From Halocafeteria seosinensis (lineage: Eukaryota), in assembly GCA_001687465.1 (NCBI GenBank), contig LVLI01000296.1, forward strand, positions 1-44,546: 44,546 nt of DNA. Direction: 5' to 3'. The position numbers and the translations under genes are program-made. Of the stretch, positions 1 to 10,584 are shown piece after piece (within the stretch, counting starts at the first letter, position 1; each line of letters starts with the position of its first letter). The notes beneath the pieces were generated by a model. That model was not told where the DNA came from, searched no databases, and saw only the letters and a program-made list of their open reading frames with translations.

Positions 1-180
1 CATTCAGTCCGTGCCCTTTCGAAGAGCGGGATGAGCTTATCCTTGCGGCACTGGGCTTCGCCATTCATGTGATCCACCATCGTTTGTGAGTCGCATTCCA
101 TGCGGACGTCCACCGGGGCTGGTAACTCACTTGGGGGTGCGTCAAGCGCTTCGAAGACCAGTTTCAGTAGGTGTCCAGGA
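1..180 (-). mobile_element. RNase H1-like (RVT_3/'archaeal-type' RNase H) fragment, running off the window start; retroelement relic or exon of a cellular gene
   Basis: The minus frame reads VDVRMECDSQTMVDHMNGEAQCRKDKLIPLFERARTE, matching the RNase HI pattern 'v...DSqlvv..mnG....r...l..l...a'. No N-terminal DG motif is seen upstream. Confidence 0.55.
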
Positions 181-439
181 AAGGCAAATCGTTTGAGATG
201 TAATACAGTAGTGCGTACTATCTCAGTTGTATTACAGTTCAAACAAGGGAAATAAAAAGCGCATTTGCTTTTACAACTTTTGGAGTCGGAGTCGGGACAC
301 TTAAAGCGGTAAACAGTTACCGTAAACTGCAAAGGGCAAAAAAGGTAGAGGTAACGGTTACCTTGGTTTAATAGCGCTGGCTTTGGTAGCGCTTCCCTCC
401 CAAAGGATTGACGATTGAGTAAAGGTCACGCCACTCAAC

Positions 440-1430
440 CTACCAACTCAGTCATGGTTTCGCCTACATGTTTGATACGAAATATCGGTGGAATATCAGG
501 AAACGACACAATTTCGTCCCGTAAGCGGAAGGGGAAGTTTTTGTGAATACAAATGTAAGTGGACCATTGTTGTTTTTCTAATATATATACATATGTGACA
601 GATAACCCACCGGCCGGTTTTCTAATCCCTCGAGGGCCGACCAACAATCTTGTACCCCGTCAGAGTTAAAGAAACATCCATTCATCAATTGATAGGTCAA
701 ATAGGCCAACGAACCCAAACCTGAGACGTGGGAAGCAGTCTTGTATATCACTTCTTCGCCAACATCGAAGAGCGACATATGGTCTGGAAATTTTCCAAGA
801 GGGAAGCCCCAGCAGAATCCTCGGCGTTTCTCTCCTCGTCTGCTGTATATGATAACGACGACGATGTGACTGATGGCCCACCGGCAGCTGGATGTTAGCC
901 GCTACACTTAGGTAGCAGCTGGCGCCTGTGTCTGGCAGCTACAGGCCCGCTGTTCCACTAGGAGAGAGGCAGCATAAACGAGTGACTTCAAAGCATTGGC
1001 GCAGACCCGAACTTCAGTATCCGTTTCCGTCACATCCCATGGGACCTCAGCTTGACTCGCTAGCAGTTCATTGCTTAATAGGATTGGGAGGATATTGTTG
1101 TTAGTTTCCTCTTGCACGTATAAGTCAATTCGTGTAGCTTGCTCTTCGGCTGATCTCGAATCCGGATTCCACCCGAGACGTGCCGTCCGTCTCAGTTCTT
1201 CGTCCCTCTTCGCTGAGGTGTTCACTGACACCCGAGATTGGAGGTGGACTATCAAGCAGGGTTTGTCCCTGTTCATATTGGTCCGAGGGATGGTAATGGT
1301 CCTTACGAAATTTGTATACAGGTTGATGTAGTCATTGACTGGAATACAAAGCTGTTTTCCGTAGGTTGGAGACGATTGGATGACAATTCGGTAGTGTACT
1401 CGTTTACGAATCGAACACTTAAGCACGGAC
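440..1430 (-). pseudogene. Highly decayed paralogue of the LRR gene at 15521-17239
   Basis: Fragments ATRIDLYVQEETNNNIL..LLSN (cf. LTNLTLTYSNQTTITDSAFQHLSN), CANALKSLVYA, LGSLAYLTYQLMNGCF (cf. FQHLTKLSKLNMCGCF) occur in collinear order across frameshifts. Boundaries approximate. Confidence 0.4.
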
Positions 1431-1559
1431 GCACCATCAAAGAGATAAGATGGTCAAATGGAAACAAAGGAGAATGGACCGCAAATGCCAACATGCATAT
1501 GCGTTTTTCTGGTGTACGATTGGTAGGACCCGGACCATCAGCATCAGCACCCCTTCAAT

Positions 1560-2290
1560 GTCCGCGTCCCCGACAGTTAGAGAACAAATGGAACATGTGC
1601 TCGTTGCCGTTTCTTTCTTTCGATTCGTGATACTTATGCGTAGCTTCGGCCTCCATAGCTGCTCTGACTTTTGACGGGAACTATTGACTTTATGGGAGGA
1701 GCGAATAGATGTGAGATGAGGTCTCATAGTTTTTAGGGACAGAAACATCGCTATAGCATAGCGTAACTATAGTACTGCCTCATCATAGGTGCAGCCATTA
1801 AACACATGAAAACCTAACCCTAACCGGGATTTCAGCCCGATAGCGGAGTGGAGTAAGAACTATACGTGCTAACCGGTATCTTGAACGTCGACAGATGAAG
1901 TCTTCGCGGATGCGCTTCCAGGTGATCCAGTAGCCCGTTGTTTCTTTTTTTGATGCCTTTTCGACAGTCCAACTATTTCCTTGAATCCCTTCGCGGCTTA
2001 AGAATTTCATGGAGTGCAGGGGGGAGAAACGCAATTGAAGGCTGAAAAGCCTTGTTTCAAGGAATGGCTCAGAGGAGGTCATTAGTTCAGGTAATGGCTC
2101 AGAGGAGGTCATCAGCAAGTATAATTCCTCTTCATATATACAGATTAAACCTAATACACGTAAACTACACCATTTGTATTTTCCAAGCCTTACACATAAA
2201 TACACACCATATTGTATCCGACTGCGGACAGAATAGCAGGAGTCATGCTGGTATATATGAAGAGTTCGACGTCTACTAACGATGTGTACA
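1560..2290 (-). pseudogene. Decayed LRR-family paralogue
   Basis: LLDHLEAHPRRLHLS at ~1933-1889 (cf. AFQHLSNSLKRLKLH). KLRISITNRKKE at ~1646-1611 (cf. KLRSLNVTNCQKE in the 26 kb copy; both share the DNA words aagctacg and tcacgaat). Confidence 0.45.
2056..2115. repeat. 30-bp tandem duplication (2 copies)
   Basis: aatggctcagaggaggtcat at 2063-2082 and 2093-2112. Confidence 0.85.
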
Positions 2291-2303
2291 ACGCTAATTT
2301 TAC

Positions 2304-3186
2304 TCATCGTGTTTTTGTCGCCTTCTCTTCGAGCTTTCGCACAACATCACTGATTTGATCGTAGTTGAATGGTCCAATTTGGAAGTGATCTTCGGCTTCG
2401 TGCTTCGCGTCACCTGGGAAGTCTTCCTCTTTAATCCATGATTCCGTAACTTTGACAGCAAGCCCTACGTCACTAAAGAGCTTTCGGGACGCCTCGTTGC
2501 TAGGAGTGACAGTTCCTTGAACATGCGTAACTCCTTGCGGTGAGAGACGTTGTGCAAGATGAGCAATCATTCGGTTAGCGATTCCGCGTCTGCGGGCTTT
2601 TCCTCCGACACCGAGTTGCCATACAAAAATGGCATGGAGTTCACGCGGTGGCCGATAGCCTTTAATAAAGCCAATAATTTCTCCGTCGAGCTCAGCGACT
2701 GCGTATATCATCAAATGTTCTAGAAACTACCCTAAACCAACGGGTGGATTAGCCCGCTGCACTGCGTACCTATGGATTCGTCCTGGAAGTGTTTACAGAA
2801 CACGACATAGGCATACTCTGAATTATTATCCAGAGTACCGCTATACACGATATCACAGCTGCATAAAACGTGACATGGATTGAACCCACTAAAGACGTGA
2901 TTACTTTGATGGAGAAAACAGGGACGTACATAGACTTGGCGTCTTTGGCTGTAGGCGATCGAAAGGTCACTCCATCTGTGGAATCGGCATCGAAGTATCT
3001 TTGCTGCTGATACATCTGCTCGTAATTTCCCAATGAAGTGGGCGAAGAAGCAGCCCATCTTCGTGAAAAAGAGGGAGTAATCAGCTCCGAACAAGCTTGT
3101 TGAAAGTATAAGGTTCCACCCCGGCGTCTCCATTTTGCAGCAGCATTATGGAGGTGTTGGCGAGATGAGGAGGCCACTCTCATCAT
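2304..3186 (-). CDS. ectA: L-2,4-diaminobutyrate acetyltransferase (ectoine biosynthesis, GNAT family) with N-terminal extension; 3 exons, ~246 aa
   Basis: Exons 3186-2930, 2858-2770 and 2698-2304, with two 71-nt GTACG...CAG introns restoring the frame. EctA motifs FRSPTAKD, LDNNSEYAY, FVWQLGV, TVTPSNEASRKLF, FPGDAKHEAEDHFQIGP. Confidence 0.93.
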
Positions 3187-3389
3187 CTTGTATGCAACGG
3201 AATAAAAATCAGTCAGAAGGTGTCTTTCCCCCACCCTGAAATCAAGTATTCAGTATTGTTTCAAGGTGTTCTTAGTGTTTCCAGGACAGTCAAAATGACA
3301 AGCACTTTAATGGGTAGTTATACATAGTATTATACACATACTCGTAACTAATTAGGCTTGTTGGGTCATAAAGAGGGTTTTGTGCTTCG

Positions 3390-4300
3390 GGCGTGAAGGT
3401 ACGCCATGAACAAGATCTGTACAAATAACTTCAACAAAATTCCTGCTAATAAGTTCAATAAAAGTGAATACACACGCATACAAAAAATGCATACATAAAA
3501 GTTTGTTAGATACAATTGATTGGTACAAAAATACTTTCAGAAATGTTCCATTCTGGAATGAAATGAACCAAATGGACACAGACTCTTTCATACTATACTA
3601 TACGATCATTTAGGACGCTTTTGCGATGGTATTGTCAGCTTCACATTGTACATACATGTATGCGCATTGGAAAACACTGAGGAAAACAATCCGAAAGTGC
3701 GTTTGAAAGCGTAAAACCGGGTACACTCTTCATGGCATATTTGGGGACATTGGGCGGCACAGGGTTTGGGATTTTACCTAAAGCATAAACATATGAGAAA
3801 GATAAGAATGTATGTGACTCATCCCAACATGCAGCGAAAATAGCTAACTTTCATATGATATCAGTACCAGTGTATCTGTACAAATGGAAACAGAAGAGCG
3901 CATACAGCGTGAACTGGTGAACTTGAGCGATTACGCGCTCAAGATCGTCGAAAACAAGAATATGGTAATAGTAATGAGTATTCGAGGTCATGAAAATGAC
4001 TTTCACACACGAATGACGAACGAACACACAAAATTGTAGGTTTGTTTTTCTGGCTTCAGTGGCTGTGGGCATAGGAATCGTTCCGCATGCCGAATCTTTG
4101 GCACAATTGTTGCTTATCGGCGTGTTTTTGTAACTATGCCGCATGAAGAAGACAAGTAGTCGTTCCTGCTTTGTCCCCGCTGGAGAACGGCATGTTATCC
4201 TTTGAGGCATGGATGATCCCACATCTTTTTTGTCTCGGAATGTCCTAGTATTAATTTTTTGTGGTAGTCAACTTCGGTTCTAGCGGGCATCTGGACGCTA
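3390..4300 (-). pseudogene. Decayed LRR-family paralogue
   Basis: TITI/FDDLERV at ~3975-3932 (cf. TITSFAFQDLVRV). CHEECTRFYAFKR at 3737-3699 (cf. CHQEGITDFSFQH). C-terminal LVHGVPSR (cf. LQRVPVR). Confidence 0.5.
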
Positions 4301-4399
4301 TAGTTATTGTACGGTCTTCTATTTGCAGGTGCATCTACAGTTTCCCCCTAAATTTTGCACATTGAGGTAAGGTTGGAAGCCTCGAGAGTTGCGCACAAC

Positions 4400-5520
4400 C
4401 CAGCCCATACCCTGAGCATTTCACTGGCGATGAGGATATATGACTTATGTTGTGTCTATATGTGTTTATTACGTGTATTTTTGGGGTATCTAACGACGTT
4501 TATATGGGTTTACGAATCGTCGACCCTTTCGTCATTTTCCCGCCATCGTTAGCGGCCACCGAAACATTCGGTTCCGGTCGGGCTTTTGCTCAGGTCTGAC
4601 TGGTCTTCCGCGATATTTCCCAATATTTGTGAGAAGATACGAAGGCGTATCCGTGCAGTGTATCAAATGCCGAGCATCGCCATCAGCAACGTTTTGCGGT
4701 ACGCATTCAACTGAATCAGCCACATACAAGGAGTCTTGGAATGCCCGGTGGATACATGGTCTCTCTTGGTGCTTTCTTCATGATGACGTGTAAACGCTAA
4801 GTTGCCAGAAAAGTTTCGGTGGATGGCAAGCTCAAGCGAAACTTCTCTGGAAAGCTCAAGGGCCCATAGAAATTTTGCCTGCTCGGTGCGCCGCGGGAAA
4901 ACGGAGGCGATTTTCTTAGCATTTCCTCACGTGATTAGTCAAGGAAAATTCTATTCCATTATGAACGAATTCATGCCATTAAAGAGGCCCTCACGGCAGG
5001 TAAAGCCCTGAGTACCGAAGAATCCGTTGATATCCAGCTGGTCGCACCCGGTCAGGTATGGCTCCCCTTATCTTGAAAGATTCGATACGCGTAGTGCATG
5101 AACTTTCTCATACTGGAACACACACCGCAGAAATCTCGTAGTCCATGAAACCGATGCGGCGTCAGGCCCTATAAATGCACCACATCATATCATTTGTATT
5201 CTGTCTCAAGCTTTTCGCTTCTACCAAAAGGGATTCAATTTTCACTACTACGACACTAGTTGACCTCTGCCGCGAAGGGTTCGTTTCTTCTGCTACTGAT
5301 GGTGAGGAGATTGCCTAAACCTGCGGACATCATCAAAGTTGTTTTCAATGGTGTTCTCGTTCTGTTCTATGCTGCTCTGAACCCAGTTAACGGTGCGGAA
5401 TTGAACAATTCGAAGACGACTTTCGAATGAACTCTCTTTCCAGAATGCAGTCCAAATGATGCCCGACGCAGGATTCCTTGCAAGAGTCCAAAACTCTTTC
5501 AAGGATTCCATTACAGAATA
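4400..5520 (-). pseudogene. Decayed LRR-family paralogue, possibly including the N-terminal domain
   Basis: AFQDSLYVADSVECVPQNVADGDARHLIHCTD at ~4745-4650 (cf. AFQDLVRVKELDMSECNQADIADAAFSHLRNLTD). LTGCDQLDI at ~5055. FAAEV at ~5275 (cf. FAGEI). Confidence 0.5.
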
Positions 5521-5559
5521 GACGATTGAGCTTATGATTCCCTACTTTGAGATGGAGTA

Positions 5560-7135
5560 TTTTGAGCCCAACAATAAGATCATCTCACGCACCGTTATTT
5601 AATATCGGTGCCTTGCCCCGGCCATTTGTTCATCGACTTCGTCCACCAATTTTCCGGGGCAAGGTCCTCTTGTGTACACCGATACAAAATAAGGTTACTC
5701 CAACTCATCAACCTCTTCGCCCACCCACAGGCATAGTCGCGGATGGAAGACTGTCAGTCTCCTCTTGTAAGTCTGTACTTCTCCAATATCTTCTCCCCAA
5801 TCCTACTCTTCTGGGTCAGCTTCTACCTGCAGACCTTCTTATCACCTTCCCGGTGACTCTCCGAGGACGCAAACTCATTATATCCCGTACCGGGTTTCTG
5901 TTCACCAAAGCGATCAGCAACTTCGTCGCAGATGTACACTGACTATGGTCACTCTACTGTCGCATCTGACGCCAATATCTAGGGATAAAGGAAGCGAGCG
6001 TGTCTACGTATCTTTAGTATCACTCTAACCAGCAGCGTCCACACCAGGTACCGCTTCAACTGAGTTGAATTTTGTCGCTCTTCTAAGTGACTTCTACGTC
6101 CACTTTGTCAGGGCATTTATCTTCGCGTCAAGGTCGGTAGGTCTCACAAAAAGGACAACAAAAAGAGATGGAGGGGCTATCCGGTACCAGATGAAGAGGA
6201 TTCAAACTTTTCGATGTGGAAACACGTGAAAAGCACTTTGAACGGCCGTCTACTTCCCGGTACCACTTGGTTCGTGAGTCTTGTAGGGCGCTACTCCTGT
6301 TGTTGGAAGTTATACCATTCTGGCGGACATTCGTTGGGGATGAATGATCACCGTCAGAAACAGCTGAGTTGGGTCGGCGGAAAGTCAACCAGTGGCGCAG
6401 TCACTCGCTGGACGAATATCTCCTGGTACACATTTATCCCTGAGGACCGATCGTCCCCAGCCATTGCAGGTCGCCTCCCTCTTCTAAAGGCTGTGTCTCA
6501 TCTGCAGATTCTACTGGGAGTATGTGTACATTCCCATTTCCATCGGCTGCTCTAACACACTACCCGTACGGTTTTCTTGGTACTTCTCGACCATTGTTTA
6601 CGGTTTTCATCCTGATCGTCCTCTTCCCCTTACCAGGAGCATAGAGCTTCAAATCAACGGGCCACGTCAATAGCTCAAAGTCTTCCGGTCGATTAGCTTG
6701 CAGTTGCGCAAGCAGTATTTTTCTAAGTCGTTACGCCTTAAGCGCATGCAGTTGCATTATATGCGCTTGTTGTATAGCCCGCCATTTTAGATTTTATAGC
6801 AGAACTGGTCCCTTCATGGATATTGGAAGGTAGATCAGTCTGCTTAACCCTCCACTCAGCGTACCGTGACCCATTATAGGCGGTACGCCCTCCTAGCAGC
6901 GCCAGTGTTCCTAGTCCTGTAACCCACACACATCCTGCATAGTGTAAATGCCGGATACAATACACACGAACCAGGAGCATCCCACCACGGCTGTCTCGGG
7001 GACTTGTCTGCACCCATCTCTTCGATCTAAGGAACGCGTTAGCAAGAGCATCTTCCACTGAAGGCGCAGATGAAGCAATTCTCTCAAGGGATCACCTGAA
7101 TTTCCTTAGAGTCTTTTAGTAATCCGGGCATCATC
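5560..7135 (-). pseudogene. Near full-length decayed LRR-family paralogue
   Basis: PGLLKDSKEI at 7128-7099, then DPLRELLHLRL (cf. PNLVKECKEM..DPREVLWVYL). SPRDSRGG (cf. PPDRHGG). LEKYCLRNCKLI at ~6726. RQNGITSN. SIRDYACG at 5747-5724 (cf. TITDFAFG). Confidence 0.55.
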
Positions 7136-7239
7136 CGTAATGATTCCACTGTCCCGGATAGTTGTTCGGTTGGACGACCAGTATTGTGTCTTCTTCTTCT
7201 ACGGCTAGTGTCTCCTCTACTTTTGCCTCATCCGAGATC

Positions 7240-7700
7240 CAATGGTATATAATAGTGACCATACAACTGAGTATATAATGCACAGTTTGTAGCACCAAGT
7301 CGGATCCAAAATCCTCGCTCACAAGCTGAAGTCCAAAAAACGCGCGTGCGGTCGGAGGTGTACACAGTGTTTACAGTGTATGGAATTGATCATCCTTGAT
7401 GCAAATACCAAGTTGGATAATGATTGGAAGCTAACAAGCAATATTTACGTGGAGAGGGTGTCCAATTGTTGTAGCAACCAGGACAAAAATCCGGACATTT
7501 CTCTCCTCGAGGTCCCTGCGGATCATATTGGCCCAAAAAGCGTCATGCATGCAAAGTGTGTGTAGCACTACTTGAGTTTTGTGTCTTGAAGGTTTTCTGA
7601 GATGTTCATATCTCCGTATGGCTGTGACGTAAATGACGAAGGGTTTCGACAGAAGCAAAGGGCAGTGCACCACCTCGATTTTGCTTTGAAATCTATCTAG
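7240..7700 (-). pseudogene. Decayed LRR-family paralogue, C-terminal repeats
   Basis: SFQSLSNLV at ~7430-7405. HLRPHARFLDFSL* at ~7360-7320 (cf. HLVKLTFLDISLC). Confidence 0.4.
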
Positions 7701-8029
7701 CATTTGCGCTTTGGCACCCGAAGTATAACATCACCACGAGGGGTGGTCATCACGTCTACATGCCCATATTGAGCCCAAAAGTGGGGTAATTGTCCCATGT
7801 ATCGGGATGACTGTAACGCCTGGGTGAGGGTCCACACCTCACACCTCCCCTTTGTCTGCCCCCACAAGCGGCACGCTGTACGCCCCCCTTGGTGTCCCCT
7901 TCGAGAGTCTAGACGCCTGTTCCCCGCACGGCAACGTGGTCCACAAGTTCTCCACAGCAACAAGAAATGCCAACACAATGTGTAGTTTGTAGTAAAGTCT
8001 TAGCGTTCTCAGCGTAGCTGTTGCTGTGC

Positions 8030-9631
8030 ATGAAGCATGTGACAGTCATGAATATCACTCCGTTACAGATTTTCTTATTGGTGTCTGCTGTCCTAAATGT
8101 ATCATGGTTGAGCAGGCATTACCGATATTTCACCTCCGTTGAGGAAGACTCTCGAGTGTCTACACGGAAAAATGGTCCATTGGACATCCGAACGGTGGAA
8201 CAGATACACTCTCGCAAAGTAATAAGCAACTACGTCGATCAGTTGCTCAAAAACAGTCTTCAAAATAGAGACAGACCACTGCGATGGGCCTTAGGAGGTG
8301 TGGCAAGAAAGCGAGCAGGGCACAAGAGAAGACATGCTGATATAAAAAGCACATTGGAGTACCATTTTGGAATGATTGAGGATCCCTATCATTTTGACAT
8401 TCTCTTTGATGCTTCTGACGACCCGACTCAGGTACTTAAGCTTCCTGGCTGGACGGGAGAAGTCGAAATATTTTCCAAGCTAGGACCCCAGTCACGGGTT
8501 TTACGTATTCCGAACGTGGAATACGAGACGGCAAATAGGGGACGGAGTTGTCAGGTCTCGAATAAGGGCTACCAAGATACGGGGTTGAGAATTACACCGC
8601 CATGCTTCGCTGGCCCTGTTACTGACCTTCAAGGTTCGATTCGACAATTTCCCAACATCACATCATGGGTGTTTAAGAAAGATGGCACATGGGGGGGAGT
8701 TGGGCAATCGATTTTTCACAAGGATACTCTTCAACGTTCTATAGAGGATAGAGGAGTTCTACAAGGTCTAATTGAACCCATTCCCTTATTTGGAAGGAAA
8801 GCTGACATCCGTGTCTATGCGGTCATTTCGTCTTTTGACCCTCCACGAATTTACCTATCCCGACATGGATTCGTACGAGTAGGGTCCAAAACCATCACTG
8901 AACCTACTAATGTCAATATTCAACAAGCGTATAAGCGCGATGGCTATGGTATGGATGCAGTTGACGCCTCCGAACAAAGCCCAGCTTCTGCTGGAACTCT
9001 TGGGCGTTACTGGAGCACGTTACGTTCCCGTGGAATGGACGTGGATAGCATTTGGAGCAAGATCAAGAAGATGATTGCATTGGAGTTCCTTCTTTTGGGG
9101 CAAAATCGCTTCGGCTGTAAGACAAACAAGATTCCGTATCGTTGTGGACGAGTAACATTGTTTGCCGTAATAGACATCATAATTGATAAAGCAGGAGAGC
9201 CTTTCATCATGGAAACTATGACGAATCCAGCAAATTTCAAGACCCAGAAGGTAAATGGTGTGCCCCCGGGACTATTCATGGAATTCCGCAGGGCTTTTTG
9301 GGGAGGAATCGCGTTGCAAATTTCAACTCTCACTGAAGTATCAGCTCGCGTAAAGTTCTTGGAATGGTTGAGAGATAGTGACATCATTGCCAAGCTTGAT
9401 ACTGCTCAGAAGTATTCGATCGACGAAAGTATTAACATTTTGGCCGATATGGCAGTAGAGGGGCGGTTCTCGTGTCACGTTAACTATGAAAATATTTTAC
9501 CTGCCTTGGCTGAGAGGAATGAATTTTCCCGATACATCGATCTTGAAGATAAACTGTTATACGAAATTCATCAGAACTATTCGCTCTCTCATTCTTTCTA
9601 TAAGAAACCATGTGTCCCACTAAAGTTCTGA
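8030..9631 (+). CDS. Tubulin-tyrosine-ligase-like (TTL family) ATP-grasp protein with N-terminal signal anchor; single exon
   Basis: WVFKKDGTWGGVGQSIF, LQGLIEPIPLFGRKADIRVYAVISSFDPPRIYLSRHGFVRV, PTNVNIQ, VIDIIIDKAGEPFIMETMTNP. Hydrophobic LQIFLLVSAVLNVSWL near the start. ATG at 8030 or 8048. Confidence 0.85.
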   Translation: MKHVTVMNITPLQIFLLVSAVLNVSWLSRHYRYFTSVEEDSRVSTRKNGPLDIRTVEQIHSRKVISNYVDQLLKNSLQNRDRPLRWALGGVARKRAGHKRRHADIKSTLEYHFGMIEDPYHFDILFDASDDPTQVLKLPGWTGEVEIFSKLGPQSRVLRIPNVEYETANRGRSCQVSNKGYQDTGLRITPPCFAGPVTDLQGSIRQFPNITSWVFKKDGTWGGVGQSIFHKDTLQRSIEDRGVLQGLIEPIPLFGRKADIRVYAVISSFDPPRIYLSRHGFVRVGSKTITEPTNVNIQQAYKRDGYGMDAVDASEQSPASAGTLGRYWSTLRSRGMDVDSIWSKIKKMIALEFLLLGQNRFGCKTNKIPYRCGRVTLFAVIDIIIDKAGEPFIMETMTNPANFKTQKVNGVPPGLFMEFRRAFWGGIALQISTLTEVSARVKFLEWLRDSDIIAKLDTAQKYSIDESINILADMAVEGRFSCHVNYENILPALAERNEFSRYIDLEDKLLYEIHQNYSLSHSFYKKPCVPLKF

Positions 9632-9739
9632 TTGTTGCGTTGGGAATGAAACTTATGGGGGAACCTGCAACTATAAACAATGGTTTTTGCTGTTCTTTTC
9701 GAAGAGCACTCGAAGTTGGAGCAGGCTGGTGGTCTGGTT

Positions 9740-10330
9740 TCTCCATGAGCGCACTTGTAAAAACGTGGATCAAAAAGGCAGACGACGTAACACAGGAACA
9801 TGTTGTGTTGTTGAAGTCGACTGGACAACCCTCCGCGCACTCTTCTCTTAAAGTCTTTACAGGAGTTTGTATCGTTTTGGCGAACTTTCAATGCTCCGTT
9901 GAAGAGTTTCATAACAACCAGCACAATCTCAGGAAGTGTACAATTTCTTTGTCTTTCCAAGCGTCTGGATGCGTGATGGATATCTGCGAGAATATCATGT
10001 AGTGTGGACATTTGATTTACAGTCTGGTGGTTTTGAAGCGCTTGCGGTTTGCTTGCCACGTCAGAGAAAGACTTAGTCTCGGACGGAGCACGTCTGAGGG
10101 CACTCATCATGTTTTCCCGGAGAGTAAGAAATCTGCTCAGCATGCAGTAGACACTATACCAGCGCGTCTCATTACTCTAACGAGGCCTCAGTCGTTTCAA
10201 ACGCTCTTCATCTCTTTCTTCATTTAGCAACGGAGACAAGTTTTGCTGTCGAAAACTTCCGCAAACCACTGGACCTTGTTAATTAACGAGTACACAGGAT
10301 TCACTGAATTAACCCGATAAGCATAATGAT
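9740..10330 (-). mobile_element. hAT-superfamily transposase remnant (inactive)
   Basis: SLINKVQWFAEVF, a frameshift, an in-frame TAG, then SNETRWYSVYCMLSRFLTLRE (TRWNS motif), ASRRLE..CTLPEIV, CLFDPRFYK (LDPRFK motif). No C-terminal dimerisation domain. Confidence 0.8.
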
Positions 10331-10455
10331 AATAGCATATTTTGATATAGGCCAATGTTACTATCGCCCCGAACTGACCCGAGCTACCGAGAGGCCTTAA
10401 GTAGCCTAGAGCTGCCTTTCTCGAACCCACTCAGCCCTTAAGTTGAGTCACTGGT

Positions 10456-10561
10456 GACTCTCCTTTGCCGGTGGGCCATAAATACACATACGACTACTAC
10501 CTTAAGTTCGTGTGGGGACTCTCCTTTGCCGGTAGGCCATATATACCCATACTACTACTAG
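10456..10561. repeat. Imperfect 45-bp direct repeat (61-bp period), upstream of the hAT relic
   Basis: gactctcctttgccggtgggccataaatacacatacgactactac (10456-10500) vs gactctcctttgccggtaggccatatatacccatactactactag (10517-10561). The palindrome gagtcac-tg-gtgactc at 10445-10460 overlaps copy 1. Confidence 0.8.
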
Positions 10562-10584
10562 TAATACAGTGTGTACTAGTATAT

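Noticed and set aside
305..365. Small inverted repeats (cggtaa..ttaccg, aggtaac-g-gttacct) as element termini
   Set aside because: The 6-7-bp stems have no matching partner end or TSD.
1238..1630. Plus-strand 130-aa ORF as a real gene
   Set aside because: Non-ATG start, no recognisable motif, and it overlaps minus-strand LRR relics.
1811..1825. Telomeric repeat (aacctaaccctaacc)
   Set aside because: About two units only; compatible with chance.
3350..8000. Endogenous virophage/Polinton-like insertion
   Set aside because: No capsid, packaging ATPase, pPolB or integrase motifs and no long ORFs; LRR relics explain the region better.
10456..10561. CRISPR-like repeat-spacer
   Set aside because: Only two imperfect copies with a 16-bp gap, a eukaryotic context and no cas genes.
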